Positions 1 through 10,150 of a DNA stretch of 64,000 bases are shown in pieces (position 1 is the first letter of the stretch; each line of letters opens with the position of its first letter). The position numbers and the translations under genes were made by a program. Source of the DNA: Escherichia virus TH57; sequence record MT446422.1, one strand, 5' to 3'. Below the pieces are notes generated by a model. It was not told the origin of the DNA and did not search any database. It saw nothing but the letters and a program-made list of their open reading frames with translations.

Positions 1-227
1 TTATTGGTCTGGATATTCTCGATAATCTGATTACTCTTATCCTCAATAGTTTCCGACACAAGTTCGGTGGCTGCTTGTGTATTTGTAAGAGTTGTATTCA
101 GATTAGATAATTCATCATTCTGTTCAGCAGAGAGGGCTTCCGCCCTCCTTTGTGGTGCTAATTCTTCGATAAGCTTTTTATTCGGTCCACCGCGTCTGAA
201 GCTCGTTTGTTCGGAGTTCTTATTCAT
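1..227 (-). CDS. 29: baseplate hub subunit / tail length determinator gp29, N-terminal part only (gene continues past window start)
   Basis: ATG at 227..225 directly after gp28 stop; in-frame translation [18 protein letters not shown]... runs off the window edge; position downstream of 51-27-28 as in T4. Confidence 0.55.
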   Translation of the reverse strand, partial: MNKNSEQTSFRRGGPNKKLIEELAPQRRAEALSAEQNDELSNLNTTLTNTQAATELVSETIEDKSNQIIENIQTN

Positions 228-780
228 TTAGGAGTTCCATTATTTTCAGTAACCCCTTAACAGGACCATTCGGACCCGGGATTGCTAATGTGCTTGTGAT
301 ATCGTCTGCCCACTTAGCAACAAAAGCAGGCATATCCAGAAAGTCTGGAACGTCGTCCCCGAGATAAAGAGTCTCCAGAAGATTGTCAACTGGTCCAAAT
401 TCTTCATACGGTTTATTAGAGCGGAATTTAAATGTCTTTCCTTGATAAGAGAATTCAAGGCGCTGGCAGATATAAACATCATCCAGCTTATATGTAAACC
501 CATTAATCTCGCGTTTGTCTTTTAGCTTACCATTAAATTCCAGGAGGTGTAAAGATACAAAGTCGGATTCAGCTGCTGTAAGATTAGGGAATATCGATTG
601 CATAATCTTTCTTAATGCAGCGTAAGGGTTAGGCTCGTTTTTAATCAGATTGTGATGCTTAAGCCCAAGCTTAGGAACGTGAATCTCTTTATCACCCAGC
701 TGTATTTTCTTCGTCGGCAGAATTAGTTTTAAGTTCATTTTTAACCTTCGGTGGTTCTTCAACTTCGATAGGCTTACCAT
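220..780 (-). CDS. 28: baseplate hub distal subunit gp28
   Basis: 186 aa ORF directly downstream of gp27 in T4 order 51-27-28-29; start may be the internal Met ([11 protein letters not shown]), which would reduce the overlap with gp27. Confidence 0.65.
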   Translation of the reverse strand: MVSLSKLKNHRRLKMNLKLILPTKKIQLGDKEIHVPKLGLKHHNLIKNEPNPYAALRKIMQSIFPNLTAAESDFVSLHLLEFNGKLKDKREINGFTYKLDDVYICQRLEFSYQGKTFKFRSNKPYEEFGPVDNLLETLYLGDDVPDFLDMPAFVAKWADDITSTLAIPGPNGPVKGLLKIMELLNE

Positions 781-1861
781 TGGTAAACATATAGAGGTTT
801 GTAATTGATGTATTGTTACTCACTTCATGAATAACTTCGTCTACGTAAAAATCATATTTGAATTGGTTTTTTGGGTCATAAAAATTTATCTTATCGCCCG
901 GAGTTAATTCAAAGTTCCCGTATGTTTTGCAATGTGCGTAACCATCATATTGAGACATGGTTATCAATCGCTGTGCTTCCTCGAAACCATTTCGATATGT
1001 ATAATCCGAATAGCCGCCTGAACGAGATACCAGAATGCTGTTTTGTCCTTCACCAAAAGTTATTCTGGTTGCATTCTTGTCAAGGAACGAGTGCGCATAA
1101 ACGGTCGCGTTTTCATATGGTTTTCTCGTGTGCTGGTTCGCCTTTGTTAACCATTCAAAATCGAAGGCCAACGGGGTCTCGAGGTTTTGTACAAACTGCC
1201 CAACCAATCGAGGTTCACCTACCACGAAATTAATCGGCTCTTGTGTAGTTAACCATTCATAATCCTGGATACTTATGCCGTCAATATCTTGCCATACAAA
1301 TACAAATTTATCAGATTCAACAGCAAGCCCAACTTCCCTGATGAATTCCATATACTGGCTCATCGAATCGCACCATGGAACATTAGGAGCATAAACGTTT
1401 ATACCGTTTATCGGAGGGGCAAGCAAAGGTCTGTCCTGATAAATTACCCCGGTCATTTCGACTAATGTTTCTTGTACACTCGGATAAAACATGCGGCTGA
1501 ATTTCAGGTCTTCGATTTCATGAATCGGTGCCAGCTGAATTGTAATTATGTTATCACCCTTTGAATCCACGGAAACAGCAAAGTGTTTACTCCCGTATAT
1601 TCTGGATTGGGTTCGGTCTGAGTTGGCATTCTTAACGGAGACCTGTATAATTTGCTCGCCGTTCATTTTTGTATGTAAGTTCTTTGTGTCGTAGAATTGC
1701 AACAGACCTTCGTTTCTTCCGTAAAGGGAATCGCGCATAGTCATTGTTGTAAATGTTGCAGCTAGTTCTACAAAACGGTGTTCGAGCCAGGCATCATAAT
1801 CTTCGTAAAGGCGTATGCTGATATTAGGAAAGCCTTCACGCTGCATAGATTTAGCTGTCAT
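692..1861 (-). CDS. 27: baseplate hub subunit gp27
   Basis: 389 aa; sequence closely follows remembered T4 gp27 ([16 protein letters not shown]..., [34 protein letters not shown]). Confidence 0.9.
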   Translation of the reverse strand: MTAKSMQREGFPNISIRLYEDYDAWLEHRFVELAATFTTMTMRDSLYGRNEGLLQFYDTKNLHTKMNGEQIIQVSVKNANSDRTQSRIYGSKHFAVSVDSKGDNIITIQLAPIHEIEDLKFSRMFYPSVQETLVEMTGVIYQDRPLLAPPINGINVYAPNVPWCDSMSQYMEFIREVGLAVESDKFVFVWQDIDGISIQDYEWLTTQEPINFVVGEPRLVGQFVQNLETPLAFDFEWLTKANQHTRKPYENATVYAHSFLDKNATRITFGEGQNSILVSRSGGYSDYTYRNGFEEAQRLITMSQYDGYAHCKTYGNFELTPGDKINFYDPKNQFKYDFYVDEVIHEVSNNTSITNLYMFTNGKPIEVEEPPKVKNELKTNSADEENTAG

Positions 1862-2610
1862 TTTTTCAAGTCCTTCTCAACTAACGATAAAGCAATACCT
1901 CGTTCGATAGGAATCATATGCATGATGCTATCCAGCGAATATTGATTCTTTACCAGCAAGTGGTTAATTTGGTAAAATACAAAGACTTCATCCGGGTTAA
2001 GGATAAGCTTAAAGACGTCAAGCAGGTCGGTGTATTCGGTTTTGTGTTTTTCGCAGCAACCATATGTAAATGGAATATAAACTGAATGCATTTTCTTAAG
2101 GAGCTCTTCGAGACTCTCTATATCAATTGCGTCAATAACCTGCATCTTCGTTTCTTCAGGAAGGTCTTCCCAATTGTATTTTTGTTCTGAGTCTTCGACA
2201 GTCTGGATGGTGTTTAGAACAAGCTCCGACTTATCTTTATATTCCACTTCGGGGAACTTAAATTGTATTTTTATCCCCGCGGTTTCCATTGTTGGATTTG
2301 TCAATGGGCCTTGGCTCATATTAAACAAAGTCTGCTTTGTCTTTTTACATTTTTGACATTCGAACGCTACCGGGACTTTTGTCTTACCGATAGAGGAAGT
2401 GAATACCTTCAAGAATATGTATGGCCTCCATGCTTTCGGATACTCTCCAAAATAATCTTCCAACAGTTCGTCTAATAATTGTTTTTGTTCTTCGACGGGT
2501 TTGTTGTTCATGTCGTTTCGCACAAGCAGTAAATCACGGTAATCAGCGACTGTAAACGGTTTGAAACGATGAACTCCGTCTGGCATTTCGCATCTTACGA
2601 TATTGGCCAT
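1858..2610 (-). CDS. 51: baseplate hub assembly catalyst gp51
   Basis: 250 aa ORF immediately upstream of gp27, same size and position as T4 gp51. Confidence 0.7.
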   Translation of the reverse strand: MANIVRCEMPDGVHRFKPFTVADYRDLLLVRNDMNNKPVEEQKQLLDELLEDYFGEYPKAWRPYIFLKVFTSSIGKTKVPVAFECQKCKKTKQTLFNMSQGPLTNPTMETAGIKIQFKFPEVEYKDKSELVLNTIQTVEDSEQKYNWEDLPEETKMQVIDAIDIESLEELLKKMHSVYIPFTYGCCEKHKTEYTDLLDVFKLILNPDEVFVFYQINHLLVKNQYSLDSIMHMIPIERGIALSLVEKDLKK

Positions 2611-2663
2611 AGAATCCCCTTTTATCTTTATTGATATTTATAAATACAGTAAAGGAGCAAATT

Positions 2664-3287
2664 ATGACTTATGAATTTATTGTCCAAATTAAAAATAAAA
2701 CTATAAATTGTAGGGCTTTTACCTTGCGCGAATACAAAGATTTGCTTCAGGCAAAATTAGAAAAGCGTATGGAACCTGCAATAATTGAACTGCTTAATAA
2801 ATGCACTGATGCTAAAGGGTTAAACAAACAGGAAGCCGAGCTGCTTCTTATTAATCTCTGGGCAAATAGCCTCGGAGCTGTTAACGTCGAGCATACATGG
2901 GTATGTGAGTGCGGAAAGGAACAAGATATTCCTGTGACTATAAGTCGTGCAAGCATCGTGGATGAGTCTGAAGTTATTCGTGATTTCGGGGCATTTAAAA
3001 TTAAATTTCGTTATCCTGGACTGTTTGAAGACGGTGATAAAGGAAAAATGATTGCTTGTTGTATTGAATATATTATCACGGAAGGCGGTGAGCGCATCGT
3101 TGTTGATGACTTAAATGAAGCCGAAATCGAGGACCTGTACAATGCAATTACCCTCGATGATATAAATGCACTAACGGAAGAACTTCTCAAGCCACAGGTC
3201 CAAATGGCTATTCCTATCTCTTGCGAGTGTGGAGCGCATTCTGTCCATGTAATTAAGGGGCTTAAAGAATTCTTTAAGTTTATGTAA
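2664..3287 (+). CDS. 26: baseplate hub subunit gp26
   Basis: ATG at 2664 preceded by AAGGAG; about 207 aa; position between 51 and 25 as in T4. Confidence 0.7.
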   Translation: MTYEFIVQIKNKTINCRAFTLREYKDLLQAKLEKRMEPAIIELLNKCTDAKGLNKQEAELLLINLWANSLGAVNVEHTWVCECGKEQDIPVTISRASIVDESEVIRDFGAFKIKFRYPGLFEDGDKGKMIACCIEYIITEGGERIVVDDLNEAEIEDLYNAITLDDINALTEELLKPQVQMAIPISCECGAHSVHVIKGLKEFFKFM

Positions 3288-3677
3288 ATGAATATAAACA
3301 AAATGTATAGCGATGTGTCTCCTGACTTGTCAATGAGTTGGGATAAAGACGTTGCTAAAGTAACCGGTGCAAGGTCTGTTAAGAACAGTCTTCTGGGTAT
3401 AATCACCACAAGAAAAGGGTCAAGGCCTTTTATGCCTGAATTTGGATGTGATATAAGTAATCAGCTTTTTGAGAATATCACACCATTAATCACAGATACC
3501 ATTAAACGCAACATCGTCTCCGCGGTGCGGAACTTCGAACCAAGGATAAGCAATTTACAGGTTGCAGTTGTCCCTATGTATGATGATAACTCCATTATCG
3601 TAACGGTTCAGTTTAGCATTGTTGATGACCCTGACACCCTCGAACAAATCAGGATTCAGTTAAGTCAAAACGGTTAA
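3288..3677 (+). CDS. 25: baseplate wedge subunit gp25 (gpW/lysozyme-like fold)
   Basis: 129 aa; MNINKMYSDVSPD...SLLGIITTRKGSRPF.PEFGCD matches remembered T4 gp25. Confidence 0.9.
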   Translation: MNINKMYSDVSPDLSMSWDKDVAKVTGARSVKNSLLGIITTRKGSRPFMPEFGCDISNQLFENITPLITDTIKRNIVSAVRNFEPRISNLQVAVVPMYDDNSIIVTVQFSIVDDPDTLEQIRIQLSQNG

Positions 3678-3730
3678 TGCTTTAATTTTATGGCTGTATA
3701 ATGGTTCTAGACCCTTACATTGGATACATT

Positions 3731-4165
3731 ATGAAAACAGAGATTGAATATAAGTTAGAAGTCTTTCAGGATGAGTTAGATGCAGATTTAAAAATTGATG
3801 GTACTCAACTTCAATATGAAACACAAAACAACGTTTTGTTGCATAGCAAATGGTTGAGATTGTATACCAACTGCAAGAAAGAAATAATGCGTCTTGAGAT
3901 TCAGAAGAAAACTGCACTGAAAAAACGGCTAGACCATTATACAGGAAGGGGTGACCCAGGGGAAGAAGTATGCATGGATGTATACGAGAAGTCAGAATTG
4001 AAAACAGTCATGGCCGCAGATTCAAACATACTGAAGATTGATACTTCAATTCAGTATTGGGCACTACTCCAGGACTTCTGTAGCGCTGCATTAGATGGTG
4101 TTAAGTCACGAAGTTTCGCACTTAAACATATGTTAGAAATAAGACAATTCGAGGCAGGCAAGTAA
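3731..4165 (+). CDS. uvsY: recombination mediator UvsY
   Basis: KIDGTQLQYETQNNVLLHSKWL...IQYWALLQDFCSAALDGVKSRSFALKHM matches remembered T4 UvsY; start taken at internal Met MKTEIEYK; MotA-box middle promoter upstream. Confidence 0.9.
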   Translation: MKTEIEYKLEVFQDELDADLKIDGTQLQYETQNNVLLHSKWLRLYTNCKKEIMRLEIQKKTALKKRLDHYTGRGDPGEEVCMDVYEKSELKTVMAADSNILKIDTSIQYWALLQDFCSAALDGVKSRSFALKHMLEIRQFEAGK

Positions 4166-4398
4166 TGCGATATTCTATCGACGATGCGTTTAACCAAGAC
4201 GAAGAGTTCGAAGAAGAAATTAAGTATATGATGAAGGAATGGAAATTGAATCGCGCAGATATTCGTATCTGCGCTGACCACCCTTGTGGTGAAGATGTTA
4301 TCTATGTTAAAGGTAAATTTGCAGGATACATCGATGATGCGTTCTATTCTCACAATATGGGGATAGATACCGGTATGAGATACTTTAAGGAAAATTAA
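4165..4398 (+). CDS. hypothetical protein (position of T4 uvsY.-2)
   Basis: 77 aa ORF overlapping uvsY stop (ATGA junction). Confidence 0.5.
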   Translation: MRYSIDDAFNQDEEFEEEIKYMMKEWKLNRADIRICADHPCGEDVIYVKGKFAGYIDDAFYSHNMGIDTGMRYFKEN

Positions 4399-4509
4399 AT
4401 GAAAAATATTAGTAAGATTCTCGACGAGATGGTTATCTCTGCAAACCGAATAACTGAAATTGTTAATGAGATGAAAGCTCGTGCTGCTATTATGAAGAGC
4501 ACTAAATAG
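4399..4509 (+). CDS. hypothetical small protein (36 aa)
   Basis: ATG immediately after preceding stop; MKNISKILDEMVISANRITEIVNEMKARAAIMKSTK; below ORF-track size cutoff. Confidence 0.3.
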   Translation: MKNISKILDEMVISANRITEIVNEMKARAAIMKSTK

Positions 4510-4537
4510 ATATGTAAGTTTAACTGAGGAGACAATC

Positions 4538-4705
4538 ATGTCAGATAAGATTTGTGTTGTCTGTAAAACTCCAATCGATTCTGCATTGGTTGTGGATACA
4601 GACCAAGGTCCGGTGCATCCGGGCGCCTGTTATAATTATGTTCAGAGTTTGCCAGTTACGGAAAATACAGAAGAGCAACTGAACGAGACCCAACTTTTAA
4701 TTTAG
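4538..4705 (+). CDS. hypothetical small Cys-containing protein (55 aa)
   Basis: GAGGAG 7 nt upstream of ATG; MSDKICVVCKTPIDS...; followed by hairpin terminator. Confidence 0.4.
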   Translation: MSDKICVVCKTPIDSALVVDTDQGPVHPGACYNYVQSLPVTENTEEQLNETQLLI

Positions 4706-4730
4706 CTAGTGTTGTTAACCATTTTTGGTT

Positions 4731-4762
4731 TTGCCCCTTCCTTTTGGTTGGGGCCTTTTTAT
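4731..4762 (+). terminator. rho-independent terminator (GCCCC..GGGGC hairpin + T-run)
   Basis: gccccttccttttggttggggcc followed by tttttattt, at the convergence of the plus uvsY cluster and minus uvsW.1. Confidence 0.55.
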
Positions 4763-4990
4763 TTAGAAATCTTCGTCTTCGTCGTCGTCCATATCCTCAA
4801 GCTCGGCGCGTTTACCGGCAAGAGCATCACGAACACTGATATCATCGGAATCTTTTAGTTCAGCTTCTTTGCTGCGTTTTTTATAATAGCCTTCCAACTC
4901 CTTCAGACCGTCCATGGTCTGACAGGAACCAATCTTAGCCATAAAGCCTTCAATTGATGCTTCGTACATAATTTCTTCAAAGGATTTCAT
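4763..4990 (-). CDS. uvsW.1: UvsW.1 small acidic protein
   Basis: 75 aa ORF immediately downstream of uvsW, acidic C-terminus, same arrangement as T4. Confidence 0.7.
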   Translation of the reverse strand: MKSFEEIMYEASIEGFMAKIGSCQTMDGLKELEGYYKKRSKEAELKDSDDISVRDALAGKRAELEDMDDDEDEDF

Positions 4991-6489
4991 TATATTTCCA
5001 CCTGTTTAATTACATAATTGAATTGTTCGTCTGCATATCGTTGTATGCGTTCAAGACCATGCTTTAGAGCAAAGTTCAAATGAACATATTTCTTTTTAGC
5101 ATTTGCTGATTTAGGTTTAACACCCATATCATCAACGATATCAAAAACGTTTGCGGTCGATTTAGATTCATGTTTTCGAAGCACACGGCCAATTGTCTGG
5201 AGTACAATTACCTTTGATTTGACCGGGTGAGCGAAAATAATATGATGAAGGTTTTTAACGGAAATCCCCGTCGAGAATACACCATATGAAGCTACAACAA
5301 TAATTCCCTTTCCATTCTCTGCCATGACCTTCAGAGCATTACGGGTTTCGGTATCAACTTCCCCGGAAACATAATACACTTTCTCATGACCAGCTTCCTT
5401 AAGCATTTCAAACATCGATTTGCCATGCTCGATATTCTTAAACATCAAAAAGACGTTTTCATCTTTTTTAGCAAGCTTGAGAGCAAGATTTGTTACCCAT
5501 TTATTTCGGCGTGTAGCTTTTGTAATTACCTTAATTTCATCCTGATAAGTTTTACCTTTCATTTTAACGGTAAATTCATCAGGATAACGAAGGAAAATAC
5601 TATTTATTTTAAGGTCAGTAACCTGACCGTCTTCCATCAATTTAGATGTTGATACTGGTTTAAAGATATCACCAAACAGACCCATATATTGCATAAGGTT
5701 GGCTTTGCCGTCACGGAGTGAGCCTGACAGACCAAATTTAAACATACAATTCGTAAGGCCTTCGATAACCGTCGAAATTGATTTACCTGTAGCCATGTGA
5801 CATTCGTCATTCATAAACTGGCCGAACTGTTCAAACCATTCTTTAGGTTGTTTTACAGCCGTCTGATAAGTCGATACATAAATCATCGCATCAGAATCGC
5901 GTTTAGTCCCGGAACGAATACCCAGACAAGCTTCACGAGGGAAAAGCCGATAATCAACAAAGTCATTAATCATCTGGTCAACAAGCGCGGTTGTAGGAAC
6001 AAGGATAAGCACCTTGCCTTCATAGTTCTCGAGATAATATCGCGCCAGAAGCGCCTGGATGAGGCTTTTACCCGCAGACGTAGGTAAGTTCAGAATCTTT
6101 CTTCTGTTGACCAGACCATCATATACGGCGTCAGATTGATACCAATGGGGCGTTATCTTAGTATTGCCTGAATAGATTTCTTTTGACTCGACCCATTTGT
6201 CGAATTCTTCGCGAGAGATTTCTTCTTTCTCGGTGATTTGTGGGTCAATCCAGAATGAATAGCCAAACTGGTCAGCGAACTTTTTAATTTGATTAACCAA
6301 ACCGTATGGTAATTTACGATTGTAATCCAGGAGGCGGATTCGTCCGTCCCAAACTCCCTGCTTGAATTTTGGATTGAAGCGATAGTTTTCAGCTTCGAAG
6401 CTGAAGTAATCACGGAGTTCGTAGAAGATTCCATCTTCACATTCAACATGCACGTGACTAAAATTTAGAAAGTTGATTTTAATATCCAT
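4990..6489 (-). CDS. uvsW: UvsW RNA-DNA / DNA-DNA helicase
   Basis: SF2 helicase motifs (PTSAGKS Walker A, DECH box); about 499 aa from ATG at 6489; ORF-track start at 6528 is non-ATG and was not used. Confidence 0.9.
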   Translation of the reverse strand: MDIKINFLNFSHVHVECEDGIFYELRDYFSFEAENYRFNPKFKQGVWDGRIRLLDYNRKLPYGLVNQIKKFADQFGYSFWIDPQITEKEEISREEFDKWVESKEIYSGNTKITPHWYQSDAVYDGLVNRRKILNLPTSAGKSLIQALLARYYLENYEGKVLILVPTTALVDQMINDFVDYRLFPREACLGIRSGTKRDSDAMIYVSTYQTAVKQPKEWFEQFGQFMNDECHMATGKSISTVIEGLTNCMFKFGLSGSLRDGKANLMQYMGLFGDIFKPVSTSKLMEDGQVTDLKINSIFLRYPDEFTVKMKGKTYQDEIKVITKATRRNKWVTNLALKLAKKDENVFLMFKNIEHGKSMFEMLKEAGHEKVYYVSGEVDTETRNALKVMAENGKGIIVVASYGVFSTGISVKNLHHIIFAHPVKSKVIVLQTIGRVLRKHESKSTANVFDIVDDMGVKPKSANAKKKYVHLNFALKHGLERIQRYADEQFNYVIKQVEI

Positions 6490-6517
6490 GATGATTCCAA
6501 GGTAATAAATATATCTA

Positions 6518-6525
6518 TATTTATA
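6518..6525 (-). promoter_or_regulatory. T4-type late promoter box TATAAATA
   Basis: exact TATAAATA on minus strand about 30 nt upstream of uvsW start. Confidence 0.6.
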
Positions 6526-6543
6526 CACTAACCGAGGTTCATC

Positions 6544-7212
6544 ATGATTGACAAGAACTACATTGAGGAAATTCGTGTCCTCGAGAAAAAAGAAGCCAAA
6601 GAAAAATTAGCCGAATACGCAGCATCACTTGGCGTTGATGTTAAGAAAACAAAAACCTTTGATAATATGTTGGCTGACCTGGAAGCAGGACTTAAAGCAT
6701 TTGCTGACATGCCTATGCCTGATGATAATGAAGGCCTGAGCATCACTGACCTTATCGATGCCGACGATGAATTATCTGGTGCTAAATTCGAAGGGGATGA
6801 GTCCGCTAAAGAAGAAGCCAAACTATTATTTGATGCTCCAACCGAAGTAAAGGTTGAAGTTGTAGAAATCGAAAAACCTGCAACAGTTTTGGTTGAAGAA
6901 GATGTTCCCTTTGTCGAAGAGAAATTCAAAGAGGCTGTAGCCAAGGTTATCGAATCTGAAAAACCTGTATTTGCTCTGCCAAAAAACTTTAGTCCAAATC
7001 TTATGCTTATTGGCAAGAACCCTGGATTCTGTACTGTCCCATGGTGGATTTATCAGTGGATTGCCGAGACTCCAGATTGGAAAGAACGTCCAACTGCTTT
7101 CCCACATCCCACCGCACACCAAACTCTATTCAGTTTGATTTATTACATCAATCGTAATGGGTCTGTTCTAGTAAGAGAAACTCGTAACTCATCTTTTGTC
7201 ACTTTAAAATAA
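6544..7212 (+). CDS. inh: hypothetical protein in the position of T4 inh (prohead protease inhibitor)
   Basis: 222 aa ORF with GAGG RBS, between uvsW and hoc as in T4; assignment is positional only; C-terminal 60 aa look atypical. Confidence 0.4.
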   Translation: MIDKNYIEEIRVLEKKEAKEKLAEYAASLGVDVKKTKTFDNMLADLEAGLKAFADMPMPDDNEGLSITDLIDADDELSGAKFEGDESAKEEAKLLFDAPTEVKVEVVEIEKPATVLVEEDVPFVEEKFKEAVAKVIESEKPVFALPKNFSPNLMLIGKNPGFCTVPWWIYQWIAETPDWKERPTAFPHPTAHQTLFSLIYYINRNGSVLVRETRNSSFVTLK

Positions 7213-7221
7213 GGGTTTATT

Positions 7222-8355
7222 ATGGCTTATACCGTAGATATTGCTCCTTTGGCGGCCACAGCCGTTATTGGAGCAACAACCAATTTCACTGCGACCGGTT
7301 CCGGTGCTGCAGCTGAAGGTACCGAATCATTTGTTTGGACCGTTGATGGCGTTCCTCAATCTTCTGTGACTGCTGCAATGGATTATGTTGCTGTTGGTCC
7401 AGCAGGCAGTAAGACTATTAAAGTTGTTGCAACTACCACTCCGGCAGACGGCGAACCAGAAACTGCTGAGGCTGAGACAACTTTAACTATCCAGAATAAA
7501 ACAATGCCGGCAATCACGCTGACTTTAGACCCAGCCTCTGTTACTAAAGAAATAGGACAATCTCAAGTTGTTACAGCTAATATTAGCGGGCAACCAGATG
7601 GAGCGTCCGCTTCTTATGTATGGAAACGAAATGCTGACGTAATCCCAGGGCAAACTGGTAAAACAATCACCATCACCGAATCGGCTGAAGCAAATTATAC
7701 ATTGAACTGTGAAGTTACTGTTTCAGCAACAGATTATGATAATGGCACCGCAACTAAAAGCGCAGTAGTTACCTTTGTTAAGAAAACTATGTCAGGTGTT
7801 TCTGTTACATTAACCCCAGAATCAATTAATGTTCCGGAAGGTACCCCGGCTTCTTTTAAAGCGGATGTAGTCGGCGCACCTAGTGGAGCTACTTTTGCCT
7901 ATTCTTGGAAGAAAGATGGTTCTCCTGTAGTTGGCACCACGGATACTCTAGCAATCGACACAAGCACCGAAGGTTCCCAGGTTATTGAAGTTTCTGTTGT
8001 GGTTTCGGCGACTGATTATGACCCGGCGACTGTCACAAAAACCGGTAATGTAACAGTCACGGCTAAAGTCGCACCAGTTCCAGATGGCGAATTACCTTAT
8101 GTTCATCCATTGCCGGTACGTAATTCAGCTTATATCTGGTGTGGTTGGTGGGTTATGGATGAAATTCAGAAAATGGCTCTTGCCGGGCAAGACTGGAAAA
8201 CCGATGCCCCAGATAGCCCATATTATTTGCACCGATACACACTTCAAAAAATGATTACCGACTATCCAGAGGTTGATGTACAAGAATCTCGTAATGGTCG
8301 AATTATTCATCGCACCGCTTTAGAAGCTGGTATTATATACGATTACGTTTATTAA
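7222..8355 (+). CDS. hoc: head outer capsid protein Hoc (Ig-like domain repeats)
   Basis: 377 aa; repeated Thr/Val-rich Ig-like segments; size and position match T4 Hoc. Confidence 0.8.
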   Translation: MAYTVDIAPLAATAVIGATTNFTATGSGAAAEGTESFVWTVDGVPQSSVTAAMDYVAVGPAGSKTIKVVATTTPADGEPETAEAETTLTIQNKTMPAITLTLDPASVTKEIGQSQVVTANISGQPDGASASYVWKRNADVIPGQTGKTITITESAEANYTLNCEVTVSATDYDNGTATKSAVVTFVKKTMSGVSVTLTPESINVPEGTPASFKADVVGAPSGATFAYSWKKDGSPVVGTTDTLAIDTSTEGSQVIEVSVVVSATDYDPATVTKTGNVTVTAKVAPVPDGELPYVHPLPVRNSAYIWCGWWVMDEIQKMALAGQDWKTDAPDSPYYLHRYTLQKMITDYPEVDVQESRNGRIIHRTALEAGIIYDYVY

Positions 8356-8361
8356 TTAAAA

Positions 8362-8388
8362 AGGGACCTTCGGGTCCCTTTATTTTTA
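8362..8388 (+). terminator. rho-independent terminator
   Basis: gggaccttcgggtccc hairpin followed by tttattttt directly after hoc. Confidence 0.75.
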
Positions 8389-8471
8389 TGGTACTGAGCA
8401 AACGTTGCCTGGGCCCCTTTCTCCGGTAAGTCCTTGTGGCCACCATAACAATTGTTCATCTGGCATAAAAA

Positions 8472-8506
8472 CATGTTTACAAGTTAAAAATTCCATGTTA
8501 AGATAG
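8472..8506 (+). promoter_or_regulatory. sigma70-type early promoter candidate
   Basis: GTTTAC, 18-nt spacer, TAAGAT, upstream of ORF at 8522. Confidence 0.4.
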
Positions 8507-8521
8507 CTTCACCAACTCAAC

Positions 8522-8725
8522 ATGAGAATCATTATGGATAAGGTTAAAGTACATTTTCTGCATGAATCTGGTATGACATTTATTGAAATCGCCAAGGTAT
8601 TAGGCGGGACTGCTAAAGAGATGGCAAAAGCCTGGGTTGATGTAGAACAAGCCAAAGCTAAATTTAAAGCGAAAGAAAAGATTGTTTATCGTAAACGTTT
8701 GAATAACAAAAAGGTGAAGAAATGA
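8522..8725 (+). CDS. hypothetical small basic protein (position of T4 24.3)
   Basis: 67 aa ORF, Lys-rich C-terminus. Confidence 0.45.
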   Translation: MRIIMDKVKVHFLHESGMTFIEIAKVLGGTAKEMAKAWVDVEQAKAKFKAKEKIVYRKRLNNKKVKK

Positions 8726-8985
8726 CATTTGCAGAAGAACTACGCCAAATAGCCAAAGAGTCACAAGATAAAGTTGCAAATGACTTTATTGCTATATTTC
8801 GCAAAGTGGCTATTGCCGCTGCCGAGAATGGCAAAGATGCTGTTAATATGGCAGTTTCTGAAAAAGAGTATGAAGAAGGAAACCGCGCAAAGATATCTGA
8901 ATTTCTGCGGGCAGAAAAATTTACATCATTTACCTGGAATTATGACTGGCAAGAAGCCAAGCCAATGCTGTATGTAAAATTCTGA
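8722..8985 (+). CDS. hypothetical protein (position of T4 24.2)
   Basis: 87 aa ORF overlapping previous stop. Confidence 0.5.
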   Translation: MTFAEELRQIAKESQDKVANDFIAIFRKVAIAAAENGKDAVNMAVSEKEYEEGNRAKISEFLRAEKFTSFTWNYDWQEAKPMLYVKF

Positions 8986-8990
8986 CCCTT

Positions 8991-9030
8991 TTTGCTTCAA
9001 ATAAAAATGCGGTATAATGGTTCTAGACCC
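8991..9030 (+). promoter_or_regulatory. MotA-dependent middle promoter candidate with conserved downstream palindrome
   Basis: MotA box TGCTTCA (8993..8999), 13-nt spacer, TATAAT (9013..9018), then GGTTCTAGACCC. Confidence 0.55.
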
Positions 9031-9114
9031 TTTGTGACTATTAATTCCTTTCAGAGAAAGAAAGTATAGTGGGTCTAATTTATAATGATATTTATAACAT
9101 CAAAGTGAGAGATT

Positions 9115-10122
9115 ATGTTTAAAAAATACAACAGCCTTGAAAATCACTATAACAACAAGTTCATTGAAAAGATTCGTCTACAAGGCTTCACCAGCGGTGA
9201 ATGGGTAGCTCGTGAAAAGATTCATGGTACCAACTTTTCACTAATCATTGAACAAGACAATGTGACATGTGCGAAACGCACTGGACCTATCCTGCCTGCA
9301 GAAGATTTCTATGGATATGAAATTGTATTAAAGAACTATGCAGATTCTATTAAATCTGTACAGAAACTTTTGCAGGATATTAATTACCAGTCATATCAGA
9401 TTTATGGCGAGTTTGCTGGTACAGGTATTCAGAAGAATGTTGATTACGGTGATAAAGATTTTTATGTATTTGATATCCGCGTTACTAAGGAAGATGGCTC
9501 TGAATCCGTCCTGACTGACACACTTATGGAAGCCTTCTGCATTATTCATAAGTTTAAAGTTGCTCCGCGCCTGGCTACCGGAAGCTTTGAAGACCTTATT
9601 AAGCTCCCTAATGACCTGGATTCTGTGGTCCCTGATTACAATTTTACAGTGGATAACGCAGGATTGACTACAGCAAATACCACTGATTTTGATGCAAAGG
9701 TGGAAGGTAAAGTATTCACTGCTGAAGGATTTGTATTAAAACCTGATGTCCCTGCCTGGTTACCTAACGGCGAGCGTGTAGCGATTAAATGTAAGAACTC
9801 TAAATTCAGTGAAAAGAAAAAGTCTGATAAGCCTATTAAGGCTGCTGTTGTGTTGTCCCAGGAAGACCTGGATATTTTATGGAAGTTCACTGATTATGTG
9901 ACTGTTAACCGCATCAATAATGTTATCAGTAAGATTGGGGAAGTATCGCCGAAGGATTTTGGGAAGGTAATGGGTTTGACTGTCCAGGATATCCTGGAAG
10001 AAGCGGGTCGTGAAGGCCTTGAATTAACCCAGACGGAAAATCCTGTTGAAGTTAAAAAGCAACTTATCGCAAATGTAAGAGAAACATTAAGACATGTTTG
10101 GATTGCATTAATTAGTGAATAA
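9115..10122 (+). CDS. rnlB: RNA ligase 2 (Rnl2)
   Basis: 335 aa; near-identical stretches to remembered T4 Rnl2 ([64 protein letters not shown]). Confidence 0.95.
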   Translation: MFKKYNSLENHYNNKFIEKIRLQGFTSGEWVAREKIHGTNFSLIIEQDNVTCAKRTGPILPAEDFYGYEIVLKNYADSIKSVQKLLQDINYQSYQIYGEFAGTGIQKNVDYGDKDFYVFDIRVTKEDGSESVLTDTLMEAFCIIHKFKVAPRLATGSFEDLIKLPNDLDSVVPDYNFTVDNAGLTTANTTDFDAKVEGKVFTAEGFVLKPDVPAWLPNGERVAIKCKNSKFSEKKKSDKPIKAAVVLSQEDLDILWKFTDYVTVNRINNVISKIGEVSPKDFGKVMGLTVQDILEEAGREGLELTQTENPVEVKKQLIANVRETLRHVWIALISE

Positions 10123-10125
10123 AAA

Positions 10126-10150
10126 GGGCCGCAAGGCCCTTATTCTTTTT
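10126..10150. terminator. bidirectional hairpin terminator
   Basis: gggccgcaaggccc flanked by A-run and T-run, between convergent rnlB and gene 24 paralog. Confidence 0.7.

Noticed and set aside
220-780. First impression that this 186-aa minus-strand ORF was baseplate wedge gp53
   Set aside because: Gene order 51-27-28-29 and the gp27 match place it as gp28; the true gp53 candidate lies next to gp5 at 41729..42331.
4990-6528. ORF-track start of uvsW at 6528
   Set aside because: The codon at that position is not ATG and the extension (MYKYRYIYYLGII) is low complexity; the ATG at 6489 with a late promoter upstream gives a T4-like length.
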